From Eledone cirrhosa (taxonomy: Eukaryota), in NCBI GenBank assembly GCA_964016885.1, contig OZ024762.1, positions 11,470,001 through 11,534,000 on the forward strand: 64,000 nucleotides of DNA. Direction: 5' to 3'. Position numbers and translations under genes: made by a program. Positions 16,347-29,911 of the stretch are shown here, piece after piece; the first letter of the stretch is position 1, and every line of letters begins with the position of its first letter. The notes under the pieces are model-generated. The model was not told the DNA's origin, made no database searches, and saw only the letters and a list, made by a program, of their open reading frames with translations.

Positions 16347-16379
<33 letters not shown>

Positions 16380-16917
16380 GTATGTATATGTAGAAGTTAT
16401 ATTTAAATTGTTGGGATACAACAAGCAAATATTTTTATAACTGATATAAAGCACTCAACAAATTATTGGAGTAAACATACGATATATTAACAAATGGAAA
16501 CTATATTTATAAAACCATATTTATTTCATTATACATATTTCAAGGACACCAAGTCAAATTATGAGTGGAAGAGGATGTAATTTGACTTGGTGTTCTTGAA
16601 ATATGTATAATGAAATAAATATGGTTTTATAAATATAGTTTCCATTTGTTAATATATTGTATGTATATATATATATATATGTATGTATATATATATATGT
16701 ATGTATAAGACCAAAGATTAATATGGTTCGTTGATTACTTAATGAATACAATTTTACAATAGATTAGAAGCACTCAACCGCAAAAGTTTTCCTGGAGTTT
16801 TTAATATTATTCAAAATATTAACAAATGAAAAATATTCTCATAATCAAATTATATACTTTATTATATATATTACTGCCAATACTGGAATTGTATAATCAA
16901 GACCGTAGCGGTATGTC

Positions 16918-16989
16918 ATATATTTTGTCTGATGAGGACGTACTGAAAAAACAACACAGTACCTTTGAAATAGATATAATAAAGTATAT
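16918..16989 (+). ncRNA. Type I hammerhead ribozyme motif
   Basis: 11-bp stem I (ATATATTTTGT/ATAAAGTATAT, 2 GU); CTGATGA 16929-35; stem II GTACTG/CAGTAC; GAAA 16967-70; minimal near-palindromic stem III (ATAGATAT); cleavage after A16978. Confidence 0.7.
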
Positions 16990-17044
16990 ATTCTGATTAT
17001 GAGAATATTTTTCATTTGTTAATATTTTGAATAATATATGGATG

Positions 17045-17077
<33 letters not shown>

Positions 17078-17093
17078 TATATATGTGTATTTA

Positions 17094-17140
<47 letters not shown>

Positions 17141-17159
17141 ATGTATGTATATATATGTA

Positions 17160-17210
<51 letters not shown>

Positions 17211-18299
17211 GTGTATGTATGTATATGTGTATAAATATGTGTGTGTGTGTGTATGTATGTATATGTGTATAAATATGTGTGTGTGTGTGTGTATGTATGT
17301 ATATGTGTATAAATATGTGTGTGTGTGTGTGTGTATGTATATATATGTATATATATATATATGTATGTATGTATATATATGTATATATATGTATGTATGT
17401 ATATATATATATGTATGTATATATATATGTATGTATATATATATATATATATATATATACATACATATATGTGTGTGTGTGTGTATATATATGAGGAACT
17501 CTAAGAGATTTAAAGGGAAGCGAAAAATAAAATTCACGGATGAAAGAAGAGGAGTTTGTGTATACGGATGAGAAATGGGGGGGGGGATAAGAGATAGAGA
17601 GAGAGGGGGAGAAATGTACTAAGCGACAGAGGGAGATGTAGTACAACAGAGAAGGGGGAGTGTACTAAGCGACAGAGAGAGAAAGAGAGATGTAGTAAGC
17701 AACTGAGAGAGAGAGAGGGAGAAATGTAGTAAGCAATAGAGAGAGAGAGGAGAGATGTAGTAAGCAACAAAGAGGAGAGATGAAGTAAGCAACAGAGAGA
17801 GAGAAAGGAGAGATGTAGTAAGCAACAGAGAGAGAGAGAGAGGAGAGATGTAGTAAGCAAGAGAGAGAGAGAGAGGGGAGAGATGTATTGAGCAACAGAG
17901 AGAGAGAGGAGAGGTGTAGTAAGCAAGAGAGAGGGGAGAGATGTATTGAGCAACACAGAGAGAGAGAGGAGAGATGTAGTAAGCAACAGAGAGAGAGAGG
18001 AGAGATGTAGTAAGCAACAGAGAGAGAGAGGAGAGATGTAGTAAGCAACAGAGAGAGAGAGGAGAGATGTAGTAAGCGAGAGAGAGAGAGAGAGAGGAGA
18101 GATGTATTGAGCAACAGAGAGAGAAAGGAGAGATGTATTGAGCAACAGAGCGAGAGAGAAGGAGAGATGTAGTAAGCAACAGAGAGAGAGGGTGAGAGAT
18201 GTATTAAGCAACAGAGACAGATAGATAGATAGAGAGAGAGAGAAGGAGAAGGAGAGATGTAGTGAGAGAGAATAAGAAAGGGTGAAGGGTGCAGCAGTT

Positions 18300-18506
18300 G
18301 GAATAATCTTAACGGAAGTGAAGAACCGAGTAAATATCCGTGTAATATGAATTGTTAGAGGCAGACGGCGAAGACATTACTTGCTCTTACGTACAACTTA
18401 AAAACCGTTCGTTGGTGGTCGTCAGCGAGCTGGACAGTGGATCTTATTATAGCCGGAGGGATGGTGGGTGATCGCCCCACCATACTCTTACTATTATGCC
18501 GTAAGT
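18300..18506 (+). promoter_or_regulatory. Candidate promoter and non-coding first exon, probably of MGAT5
   Basis: Unique, CpG-containing island between microsatellites. ETS-type CGGAAGTG at 18313-18320 and strong donor GCC|gtaagt at 18501. The MGAT5 ATG exon has an upstream acceptor, implying a further 5' exon. The link to MGAT5 is inferred. Confidence 0.5.
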
Positions 18507-19029
18507 AACCTCAACTATATATTTTATTTATTTACATACATACACCAGAGTACATTTACCTGTCTTCTGAGATTGATTTACTGATATGAACATCCACTCG
18601 GCTTGCTTTTTTCCATGTCAATATGTATATATATGTATGTACGTACGTATGTATGTATGTGTGTGTATGTATATCATCATCATCATCATTTTACGTATAC
18701 ACATACACACACGTAGATATATATATGTGTGTGTGTGTGAGAGATATAAAGTCGGCTTAACTCGATACAGTCAATGGTTTTACACAATTGAATGACTTCG
18801 AATTATAATTTGATACACAATGGTTTTACACAATTCAATGGCTTCGAATTATAATTTGATACATATGTATATATGTGTGCGTATATATATATATATATAT
18901 GGAAAGTTATATTTAAATTGTTGGGTTACAACTAGTAAATATTTATAACTGATATAAAAGCACTCGACAAATATTTGGAGTATATTTACAATATTAAATA
19001 AATGGAAACTATATTTATAAAACCATATT

Positions 19030-19095
19030 TATTTCATTATATATATTTCAGGGATATCATATTAACAATATGCTATGCCTTCCTCAGACAAAATA
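19030..19095 (-). ncRNA. Type I hammerhead ribozyme motif in one arm of a 104-bp palindrome
   Basis: Minus strand reads TATTTTGT-CTGAGGA-AGG..CATATTGTTAATATG..CCT-GAAA-TATATA-TA-ATGAAATA (8-bp stem I). The mirrored copy on + at about 19106-19166 has a truncated stem I. Confidence 0.65.
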
Positions 19096-19501
19096 CCTGA
19101 CAAAATGTCTGAGGAAGGCATAGCATATTGTTAATATGATATCCCTGAAATATATATAATGAAATAAATATGGTTTTATAAATATAGTTTCCATTTATTT
19201 AATATTGTATGTATATATATATATATATATATATATACATACACACACACATACATATATATATGACGATGTTGCAGATGTGCAACGAAAAATTTATGAT
19301 AAACTATATATATGTGTTTGTGTCTATATTGTATCTGTATTATTTTCGACCGTCGATCAGTCAATGGCAACATTGAGGACCGAGTAAGTTAGATTACCGA
19401 TATAAAAGACACAGAAGCGAGAAGCGAAAACCAACCAAACAGTGAGTGTGTTCTGTTATTAATTCTGGCAATATTACACAAATATGACCCTCCCCGAGTA
19501 T

Positions 19502-19563
<62 letters not shown>

Positions 19564-20096
19564 TGAGATAGATCGAATTGTGGGGACGCATTTGGGAAGA
19601 ACCTGCTCCTATAATAACCCGAATTTATAAACACTCCCTTAATTAGAGAGCCTCAGTGCGTCGCTCGTCTCGATCTGTTAGATATAGTTGTCAAATGTCT
19701 CCCTGAAATCACAGAGATCGGACTGTAGGAATTGGGGAACGTCCACCCAAGCCAGGTTACACACCGTAATATACACAGCCTAGTGTACTAAATACCACCG
19801 ACACCCCTTAACTAGAGAGCTTCTATGCGTCGCTCGAACCCGATCTAGTAGATTTAGTGGGTAAATCTCCACTGAAATCACACCCTAACCAGCCTTTCAA
19901 AAGGAATCGGTGGTTATGTAGATCTAGAGAAGACATTACGTATTTATAAAATGGACTGTTCACAGCTGGGGTGTCTTGGTAAGCCTTGTTTAGTTAGACA
20001 TGACCTGGGACTAAACAATAACACCACTATACACATCTCATTCGGGCATCGTCCAACTGAAGTGGATGGGATATTTTGTTTTGATAATGTCCATGT

Positions 20097-20222
<126 letters not shown>

Positions 20223-21319
20223 ACTGATTTTGCTGAGGCTGAGTGTTTAACGATTGTTCACAACCTTAAAAATTCATAGCGAAAGGCCTTCAAAATATTT
20301 TTATAAACATCCCGTATATTATTCAATATACAATACGTATATATATATATATACCGTTATGTCGCTGCACCAATAAAATCATATATATATATATACACAC
20401 ACACAAATTATATATGTGTATATAGATATATATACCTAGATATGCATATAATCAAACATATACACATGCTAGGTAGATTAATGGGGGAAGCCTGGTATGT
20501 GGTCGTCGCTAAACCAGTTACAAATAACACCCAAATCTACCTCAAATCGCATCCTACAGTTCTTTTTTAGAATCAAAATACATATTTCACAATGTAGTCC
20601 TGGATATACCAAAACAAAAACGTAAAGACGTAATGGTCAGGCTTGGATTGTGTCTACTCGTTCGTAACTGACTCGGGGCTAAACAATAACTATATATAAT
20701 TTGAATATACACATTTATGCACATGGGTATATAATTCGCAACGTATTCGTCACACACACACACACGTATGTATGTATGTTTATATATTGAGGCTAAATAA
20801 GTTTACAATCGCACATATACACGCATACAAACACACAAGCTGCACTTGGTTACAACCCGATCTGTTAATAATAACTACCAAAATCTGTTTTAAACCACAA
20901 TATATATAAATAAGGACATATTATATAATATAGTGCCACATAAAATCTCTGGAGTAAGAATGAAGAAAAAAAAATAGACTGGATGGTTTTGGTTAGAATG
21001 TCTTTGAATCTATGTTTGCTCAATCAGAGCTGAGATGGGTTTAAATGAATACAAACGAGGTGTGTAAGCCTGTACTATGACCAGATCTTGCTACAAACCG
21101 GTTTGGTGAAGCGAATATTTTCAGCTTTGATTTTTTTTGTTATGTCTATTTTCATTTTATGTTGTAGATGATGTGAATGAAAAGCAACAAAATATTTAGT
21201 ATTATAGTACGGGGTCGATAAAATAAAGTACCAGTAATGCACTTGGTAATTGCTGGTTTTGTGCCAAAAGTAGAAACAATTATTAGAGTATTGAATACTT
21301 GGGGTTAGTAGGTACATAT

Positions 21320-22065
21320 TTAATCCTTTTAATACCCCTATTTCTAATGTAAAGCACTGTCTATGTTTAACCCTTTCATTACCATATTTCTAATGAAAGA
21401 CACTACCTATGTCATTAACCCTTTCATTACCATATTTCTAATGAAAGACACTGCTTATGTTTAACCCTTTCATTACCATATTTCTAATGAAAGACACTAC
21501 CTATGTCATTAACCCTTTCATTACCATATTTCTAATGAAAGACACTGCTTATGTTTAACCCTTTCATTACCATATTTCTAATGAAAGACACTGCTTATGT
21601 TTAACCCTTTCATTACCATATTTCTAATGAAAGACACAGTCTATGTGTGACCCTTTCATTACCATATTTCTAATGAAAGACACTGCTTATGTTTAACCCT
21701 TTCATTACCATATTTCTAATGAAAGACACAGTCTATGTGTAACCCTTTCATTACCATATTTCTAATGAAAGACACTGTCTATGTCATTAACCCTTTCATT
21801 ACCATATTTCTAATGAAAGACACTGTCTATGTCATTAACCCTTTCATTACCATATTTCTAATGAAAGACACTGCCTATGTCATTAACCCTTTCATTACCA
21901 TATTTCTAATGAAAGACACTGCCTATGTCATTAACCCTTTCATTACCATATTTCTAATGAAAGAGACTGCCTATGTTTAACCCTTTTATTACCATATATC
22001 TAATGAAAGACACTGCCTATATTTAACCCTTTTATTACCATATTTCTAATGGAAGATACTGCCTT
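21320..22065. repeat. 46/48-bp satellite of a TTAACCCTTT terminus (also at 26328-26706 and 61737-61967)
   Basis: Unit ttaaccctttcattaccatatttctaatgaaagacactgcctatgtca; about 15, 8 and 4-5 copies at the three loci. Confidence 0.95.
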
Positions 22066-22889
22066 TGATTTTCAAATTTTTTTTTTTAAATAATCAAGAA
22101 TTTGAAGGAATCTAATAATATAACTTTCTCATTATTACACTGGTGTTTGGAACATAACTTAACAAAGGTGCTTAGTTACATAAAGTATGGTTGTTTACGT
22201 AGAAATCAGATAAAGTCCTTTTAAAAGATTTTGGTTCCACTCCCAACCCCTCTGGCCTCACTCCCATATATAATGTCTGCAAATATCTTTTAATGACGAA
22301 TGGCAAATACATTTAATTTGAATAAAATGGTACCCCAAGTCTTGGGCAAGTTGGTACCAAAAGGGCAAGATAGGAACCCTTTAAAATAAGGGTTTTGTGG
22401 GTATAATATTAGAGGCTGTCTCAGGTTCTTATAAAAAAACAAGGATTGATCAACTTTTGTCAAATCGGACCGAGGAAACAATGTTGTCGTCGGTCTTTCC
22501 AGTTGCTAATACTATCTATCGGTTGCAACTCCAGGTAGAAGGAGCCATGTGAAATAAAGTGTCTTGCTCAAGGACATAACGCATCGCCCGGTCCAGGAAT
22601 CAAACTCACAACCTCACGATTGCGAATCCAATTCTCTAACCACTCAGCCACACACTTTCACTTCTTATCAAAAGGGTTCATAGAATTTTGTGAGATTTTC
22701 TGATGAAATTAAACCAGCAAAGTTCATCACAGCAAGTACTCTCTGGTCTTGAATAATCTCTTCCTTCCTGCCCCGGCTTTTTAAATATTCTTAATCTATC
22801 TCCTGTGAAATTTTATTGTAAGTGATTCATATTGATACAGAAGCTGGAGAATCTAATGATTATTTTATTTTACATTAAAAAAATATTAT

Positions 22890-23290
22890 AGATGACAAAA
22901 AAACATGATAAATGCCAAAAAAAACATGATATATGCCAAAAAAAACATGATATATGCCAAAAAAAACATGATATATGCCAAAAAAAACATGATATATGCC
23001 AAAAAAAACATGATATATGCCAAAAAAAACATGATATATGCCAAAAAAAACATGATATATGCCAAAAAAAACATGATATATGCAAAAAAAAACATGATAT
23101 ATGCCAAAAAAAACATGATAAATGCCAAAAAAAACATGATATATGCCAAAAAAAAACATGATATATGCCAAAAAAACATATATGACAAAAAAACATGTTA
23201 TATGCCAAAAAACATTATATATGACTAAAAAACATGATATATGCCAAAAAAAACATGATATATGACAAAAAAACATATATGACAAAAAAA
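22890..23290. repeat. 21-bp tandem repeat
   Basis: (aaaaaaacatgatatatgcca)n. Confidence 0.95.
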
Positions 23291-23649
23291 GAATATTACA
23301 AGAAATCCCATATTTACAAACGCAACTATACAATTACCAATTTCCCAAACCCCGCTGTTTATTCCAAACCACCCCGCTAATTCCAACCCCAAACCCCACA
23401 CTATTATTCCCCCCCTCCCCCCGACAGTATATAATTTGTATTAAAATAACAATTCAATGTGTTCATACATATTGTAGTTTTAATTGCTGTTTGATTTAAT
23501 GATATCAAATTACACATAACAAAGCTAGGGGTTAACTAGGACAGGTTTAGAATTTTGTGAGACTGAAGCAAAATTTCACAAGTGATTCTTTATTTTCATG
23601 AGTGAAAATGAGTTGGCTGAGATGAGTGGAAGGGTTTGGAAGTAGCATG

Positions 23650-24190
23650 TCTACTGCTAGTGCCACAATAAAATACACCCAGTGCACTCTGTAAAGTGGT
23701 TGCATTGGTACCATAATAAAATGCATCCAGTACACTCTGTAAAGTGGTTGAGTTGGTACCATAATAAAATGCATCCCGTACACTCTGTAAAATGGTAGTG
23801 CTGATGCCATAATAAAAGGCACCCAGTACACTCTGTAAAGTGGTGTTGGGGCAACAATAAAAGGCATTCAGTACACTCTGTAAAGTGGTAGTGCTGGTGC
23901 TACGGTAAAAGCACCCAGTACACTTTACAGTGTGTACTTTACAGCGTGTACTGGGTGCCTTTTGTTGTGACACCTACATGACCACTTTACAGCGTGTACT
24001 GGGTGCTTTTTGTTGTAACACCTACATGACCACTTTACAGTGTGTACTGGGTGATTTCTGTTGTGACACCAACACGACCAATTTTACAATGTGGACTGGG
24101 GGATTTTTGTTGTGCCACCCACATGACCATTTTACAGTGTGGGCTGGGTGCTTTTTATCACGAACCTTACATGACTAGTTTACAGTGGGA
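23650..24190. repeat. 45-48-bp arrays derived from the RTE tail, in opposite orientations (similar arrays at 46860-47165 and 47225-47410)
   Basis: cccagtacactctgtaaagtgg units, then reverse ccactttacag..tgggtg units that run into an RTE fragment (24185-24350). Confidence 0.85.
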
Positions 24191-25240
24191 GGGTGGGGCA
24201 CGACATACTGTATCCATGCTTCAGCTTCGGTCTGTGCCCGTAGGAAGTCAGGTCTTCTGTATTACTGTGTAACGCCAGAAATCTCGGTCCTGTGTCATCG
24301 CCTTGGAGAAGTGCAATTGGGCAAGGTCAGCTTTTATCACCTCATCCCAAGTCTTTCTGAATCTCCCTGACATTTGCATAAAGAATACATATGTCTGTGG
24401 AATGCTCAGCCACATCATCATCATTCTTCATTTCATTTTACGTCCGCTATTCCCTGCTAGCAAAGGTGGGACGGGAACTGATTCTGGCTTGATTTCTACA
24501 GCTGGATGCCCTTCCTAACACCAACCTCATTTACAGTGAGTGCTGGGTGCTTTTTTGCCGTGGCACCTCCACGACCACTTTGCAGAGGAATGATAGGGAC
24601 CCCAGTCTCTATCATCTCATTTCTACAGCTGAGTAAACTGGAGCAATGTGAAATAAAGTCTCTTGCTCAAGGAAACAACACATCACCCGGTCCGAGACTT
24701 GAACTCACAACCTTTCGATTGCAAGGCCAATGCTCTAACCACTAAGTCATGTGCCTCCATATAGATGTTAATTTTGCAAGCAGGCTATACTATTGATCAA
24801 CAGGTAACATATTATATGAATTTTAAAGTTCGGGTGTCATGGCTAGGTAATTGATTATATTGAATTAACTGAAGAAGGGAGAAACAGTTAATTCTTTGAT
24901 GTCATACCTCAACAATTTTAATGAAATACATATAAAACATACAGTTGTTGACAGCTTGCTTAGTTGTTGTTTAGACAACAAGCTAGATCATATCCTATAT
25001 AATCTGTTTATTTGTTTTTCAGATAGTAGACTGTAATTTGAAGAAGGTTTGACTGCTGCTTCTAGCAAGCTATCTGACTATGTAGAAGTGCTCTCGTAAT
25101 CTTGTGAGTTTGTCTAGTATTTCACAGTCATGATAGACAAACTTTCTCTACAACTCCACAAGTATTTTAAGATCACTGCCCTTACAAGTGTAGGAGTTAT
25201 TAGCATTAGGAAGGCCACATAAACATGCTTCATGTCTATC

Positions 25241-25402
25241 ATAGGGTCCTTCTTGAGGCAATGCTTTATGGCCATGTGCCCTTTCTGGTACCAATAGGGT
25301 CCTTCTTGAGGCAATGCTTTATGGCTATGTGCCCTTTCTGGTACCAATAGGGTCCTTCTTGAGGCAATGCTTTATGGCCATGTGCTCTTTCTGGTACCAA
25401 TA
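25241..25402. repeat. 53-bp tandem, 3 copies
   Basis: tagggtccttcttgaggcaatgctttatggccatgtgccctttctggtaccaa. Confidence 0.9.
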
Positions 25403-25588
25403 CTTTTAGTTGTCTATTAAGATTTTTCTGTTCCGTATTAAATAGCAGAAAAAATTTTTATTTGAACTTAGTGGTTCAACAAACAGAGATTGATGAAATC
25501 TGCCACTCATGAAGTAATTGACATTGGTGTATCAGAAGACATATCTGATCTTCAGGCATTTGCTGGAAACTCATCCAAGGAGCTAGAC

Positions 25589-25846
25589 CAGTGCTTCCCA
25601 ACCTTTTATGCCCTATTTCCCACCTTAACATCTCGATCATTTTTATGCCCCACTTTGATATAGGAACAGCGATGATCAACTATAAAATGTAAACAATTTG
25701 GCACATGTGTGGAGGAGGTGAGACAGGAGTTTTCGACCATAATTTGTTCTGAAGTTTGCTCTCATTAACATCATTTTCAAATTGGCCCCTCTTGAATATT
25801 CAAATTTTTCCCCTGTGAGGCGTGCGCCCCACATTGGGAATCACTG
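25589..25846. mobile_element. hAT (Buster-type) MITE
   Basis: TIRs CAGTGCTTCCCAA and TTGGGAATCACTG; 8-bp TSD AGCTAGAC/ATCTAGAC (1 mismatch) with central TA. Confidence 0.8.
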
Positions 25847-26709
25847 ATCTAGACTGACTGTGTTCCTCCAAAAAGTGCTCTCATCCTTGGTCGACCAAGT
25901 TCCAAACCCAGTCGTGTTCACGTGACAGGTCTGGTCGATTGTCAGAGTGTGACAGCCTGTCTAACGCATACAAGCATGGAAAACAGACATTAAATGGTGG
26001 TGGTGATGATGATGATGATGCTAGCCATTATATTAAATAGTTTCTGTTCTGGAAAAACCACATAGGCCTAAGAACAAATGAATTATGATAATCTACATTG
26101 ATGAATCTCATTCAATTTCTGAGCTTCCACTACACTCTACTCTCTAAAATATTAATAAACCACCTGGGTAAATATAAAGTTGGCAATTAATGTACAAGGA
26201 ATAATTACGTAACGCAGCATAGAACATATGAATTAATTAACAGTGTAGAAGTAACTCCATTCAACCTGACTGTTGACCAGTTTTACTGGGAGGTAGATTC
26301 CTGGTAAGCTACCTGAAGATGGTAATTTTAATCCTTTCATTACCATATTTCCAATGAAAGACATTGTCTATGTCATTAACCCTTCCATTACCATATTTCT
26401 AATGACAGACACTGTCTATGTCTTTAACTCTTTCATTACCATATTTCCAATGAAAGAGACTGTCTATGTCATTAACCCTTTCATTACTATATTTCCAATG
26501 AAAGACACTGTCTATGTCATTAACCCTTCCATTACCATATTTCTAATGAAAGACACTGTCTATGTCATTAACCCTTTCATTACTATATTTCTAATGAAAG
26601 ACACTATTTATGTCATTAACCCTTTCATTGCCATACTTCTAATGAAAGACACTGCTTATGTCATTAACCCTTTCATTACCATACTTTCTAATGAAAGACA
26701 CTACCTACA

Positions 26710-26910
26710 CATGAAGGTAGGCAAAGCAGCTGGACCATCTGGTACCATGCCAAGGTGCTAAAAGCATCTGGCATGGTAGGGTATGCACTAGTTAGACATA
26801 TAGTTGACCAAGTAGCACAGAAAAGAATTATAACCAATGACTGGTGCAGCAGTACCATTGTAAATTGATTCAAGAGCAAAAGAGATGCACTAGAGAGAAG
26901 TAACTACAGA
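26710..26910 (+). mobile_element. Decayed LINE reverse-transcriptase N-terminal fragment
   Basis: MKVGKAAGPSG..W..STIVN.FKSKRDALERSNYR, the LINE RT domain 0-1 motif. Confidence 0.7.
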
Positions 26911-27154
26911 ACTGTTTGCATGGTTTAACAAAGGTCCTTACATAAAATTACGATGGTAAGTTTTTAGATGAGTATAAACACTTTAAAATAAATAATTTAA
27001 TATTTCCTAACCATGAGTGGTTTCAGGTTGTTTGCATCAAAAAAGTCAACTTGGTTGTGTATCAGGTTTGGTGTAGTTTGAACCAGTTTAGACCAAACAT
27101 CTAGTTCCTTCTCTCTCTCTTTCCATCTCTTTCATTCTCCTTGTTTTTTTCTCT

Positions 27155-27187
<33 letters not shown>

Positions 27188-27624
27188 AGCCGGGCTGTTT
27201 ATGCATACATGCACACACACACGCACATACAAACATACACATTCTCACACACACACACATTTACAAGCATACACATGTTCACTCACACACATGCTCACTC
27301 ACACACACACATACACATGCTCACTCACTCACACACACATGCTCACTCTCACACACACACATACTTTTGACATTTATAGGCATTTTTATGAACCACATTC
27401 AATATTTGGGGTTTTCCACCCTTCTTGCGAGAGCTCTAGGAACGTACTCTCTGCAAATATATACAACTGTATATATTTATATAATGGGTAGATTCCCAAT
27501 GTATATCGGGAAGTAAGCATATGAAGGATCGTGACATGTGGAGAGATGTTGTGTTGAAGAAGAACTATCCAACCCATGCAAGCATGGAAAAATGGATATA
27601 AAAATAATCATGATGATCATGATG

Positions 27625-27733
27625 ATATGAAAAATTCAGGACCCTGACGGCTGAGCTCCAGCCATTTCAACAACTAGATCCGAGCTGTTGAAACGGCCGG
27701 AGCCTAGCAATCGGGGTCCTGAATTTTTCATAT
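27625..27733. mobile_element. Fold-back element (related copies at 31720-31770 and 32822-32950)
   Basis: ATATGAAAAATTCAGGACCC...GGGTCCTGAATTTTTCATAT with a self-complementary interior. Confidence 0.55.
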
Positions 27734-28846
27734 TACCCAAGTATTGAGTACTCTGGTGAGTAATGGTCTAACTGGTTTTTACCGCCTTGTGGATCGAGAC
27801 CTTTGGCGCCATGCAGTTGTACAGAAGACCCGACTGCCATTGCATACAAACCTACAGTCAGTAGGCACCTCTTAACTCAATGTACACCCCACCGACACAC
27901 CCTACCCCATCCTCCCTCTCTCGTTCCGTCCACTGTGTCGATGACACAACAGTCCACACTGTAGGATGGTCGTGTAGGAGACACAGTGAAAAGGCTCCCA
28001 GTCCACACTGTAAGGTGGCCATGTAGGAGCCACAGTGAAAAGGCTCCCAGTCCACACTGTAAATGTGGTTGGTGTTAGAAAGGGCATCCAGCTGTAAAAA
28101 AAACTGCCAGAGACGCTTCCGTGCGAGCGAGACATGGTCTCCCAACCATTCCCGCATCAAATGGAACAAAAACCGTCTAACCCACAGGTTCTCAACCCAT
28201 TTAGGCCAAACGCCCCTTTTGTCCCTCAAAATCACGAAATGCCCCCTACCCTATTTTTCCATTTTTCAATATACTACTGATTTTGATATCTGTAGATTAC
28301 TAAAAAATTGATTAACAATATTCCAAAGATACCATTGCAGGCAGCTGAGAGTATAAATACATTCCTTGAAAGGAAATATATAAATTTCAAAAAAAGGAAC
28401 ATAAATGTTCTTTTTTATGAATAAGGACCAGTTGAATTTGTTATATTCCCACCAGGCGATACCAACTATTTTGAACATTTATACAAGAGCAACTCTGTCT
28501 ATCCATAGAGTGCTCTTATCTGGAAGAAAGTGGCAATTATATCATTTCAAAGCTTTCCAATTTTCCCTTTAATGAAACAGACAGAATAAATGTTGATATC
28601 TAACTTGATGTCCCCTCTGCTTTGTGAGCCTAGAGACCACGGAAGAGGGTTTTCATGACCACGCGAGAGGGTATATTTATTAGTAAATGGTAAAATATAT
28701 ACAACAAATGAGTAAGTGAATTGTAGTAGATGGTTTCCAGTCCAGTCAGACTACAACCCCAAATAAAAAAAATTGTTAGTTTGCTTTGTAACAATAGCAT
28801 ATCTAAGTTTTCGGATAAATCAACTTACTTTAACTTTGACCTCATT

Positions 28847-29911
28847 TCAATGGGACCTTTGAACTTTATGGAGTCTAGCTAACTCTTTGACGTCAGGCTG
28901 GATTTTCGTAAGATGTAGCCGGAGATCTCCACATGTAATTACATTGTAGCGGTTGCGAGCCTTACTGTGCAGTCTGGAAACAGCACCAAACCTCCTCTTG
29001 ACTAAGTATGAGCTTGGAAAAGGCAGAGCAAATCTCTTAGCCTCTGCATGTAGGTGTGGAAATTGACGCTGAATTTCCTCTTGCATCCAAAAAAGGGGTT
29101 CACCTATTTTGGGAAATCTAATTTTGATCATGTCATCTGCTTGAAGTTCAATGAATTCTTCCTGAAATATAACGTCCAAATCATCGACGTTAGCTGTGAA
29201 GGGATCTGCTACCCACATTGGGATGTCCATCGGCAAAAGGTCGACAAACCGTTCTCTCATGTTGTCTTGTAGCGCACGGAGGTGAGCGGTATAAATTTGG
29301 AGTTGGTCATCGCTTACAATGTTTTGAACATTGGCGACACTAGGAAAATTATAGAATTTCCGTCAACAAAGATTCCTTTCGATGACATTCAATTTGGCGA
29401 GGAATGTTTTCACAGCATTCCTTGCTTTAAGCAAGGTGATCTTCTTTCCCTGCAAAGCCAAAATGACACTATTGCATTTGTCGAAGATGTCGGTGAGGTA
29501 GGCGCAGTTTTGCCTCACATTGAGGGTTTTCTTGTACAATTCTGTGTTGTGTCCTCGCAGAAACTCAATGATAGAGTCAAACAGTTCAAAGAAGTGAGTA
29601 AGGCACTTGCCCTTTGAAAGCCACCTCACTTCATTATGAAGGAGCAACTTGACGAATTCTTCGTCATTATCTTGGCACAGTTGCCGGAAAATTCGTTCAT
29701 TGAGGGAATGCCATTTGATAAAATTGATGACATCAAGGGCCACCTGCAAGGACTTGCTCAGTGGCTTGCTGAGTTTCTTCACAGCCAAGTGTTGTCGATG
29801 AATGACACAATGAACAACAAATACAGATAGATTTTCTCTCTTCAGAAGAGTGACGAAACCCTTATGTTGGCCGACCATTGCTCTAGCGTCGTCCGTAGCA
29901 CATGATACAAT
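28847..29911 (-). pseudogene. hAT transposase C-terminal half (ZBED5/SCAND3/Buster-like)
   Basis: IVSCATDDARAMVG..HCVIHRQHL..LLLHNEVRWLSKG..PFPSSYLVKRRF. The two track ORFs are in one frame, separated by a single TGA at 29363-65; N-terminal half missing. Confidence 0.9.

Noticed and set aside
21320-22065. CRISPR-like appearance of hairpin-containing arrays (also 52980-53966)
   Set aside because: No unique spacers, no cas genes, eukaryotic context; these are plain tandem repeats.
24862-24894. CTGAAGA...GAAAC hammerhead candidate
   Set aside because: No stem II; better explained as a simple 10-bp hairpin.
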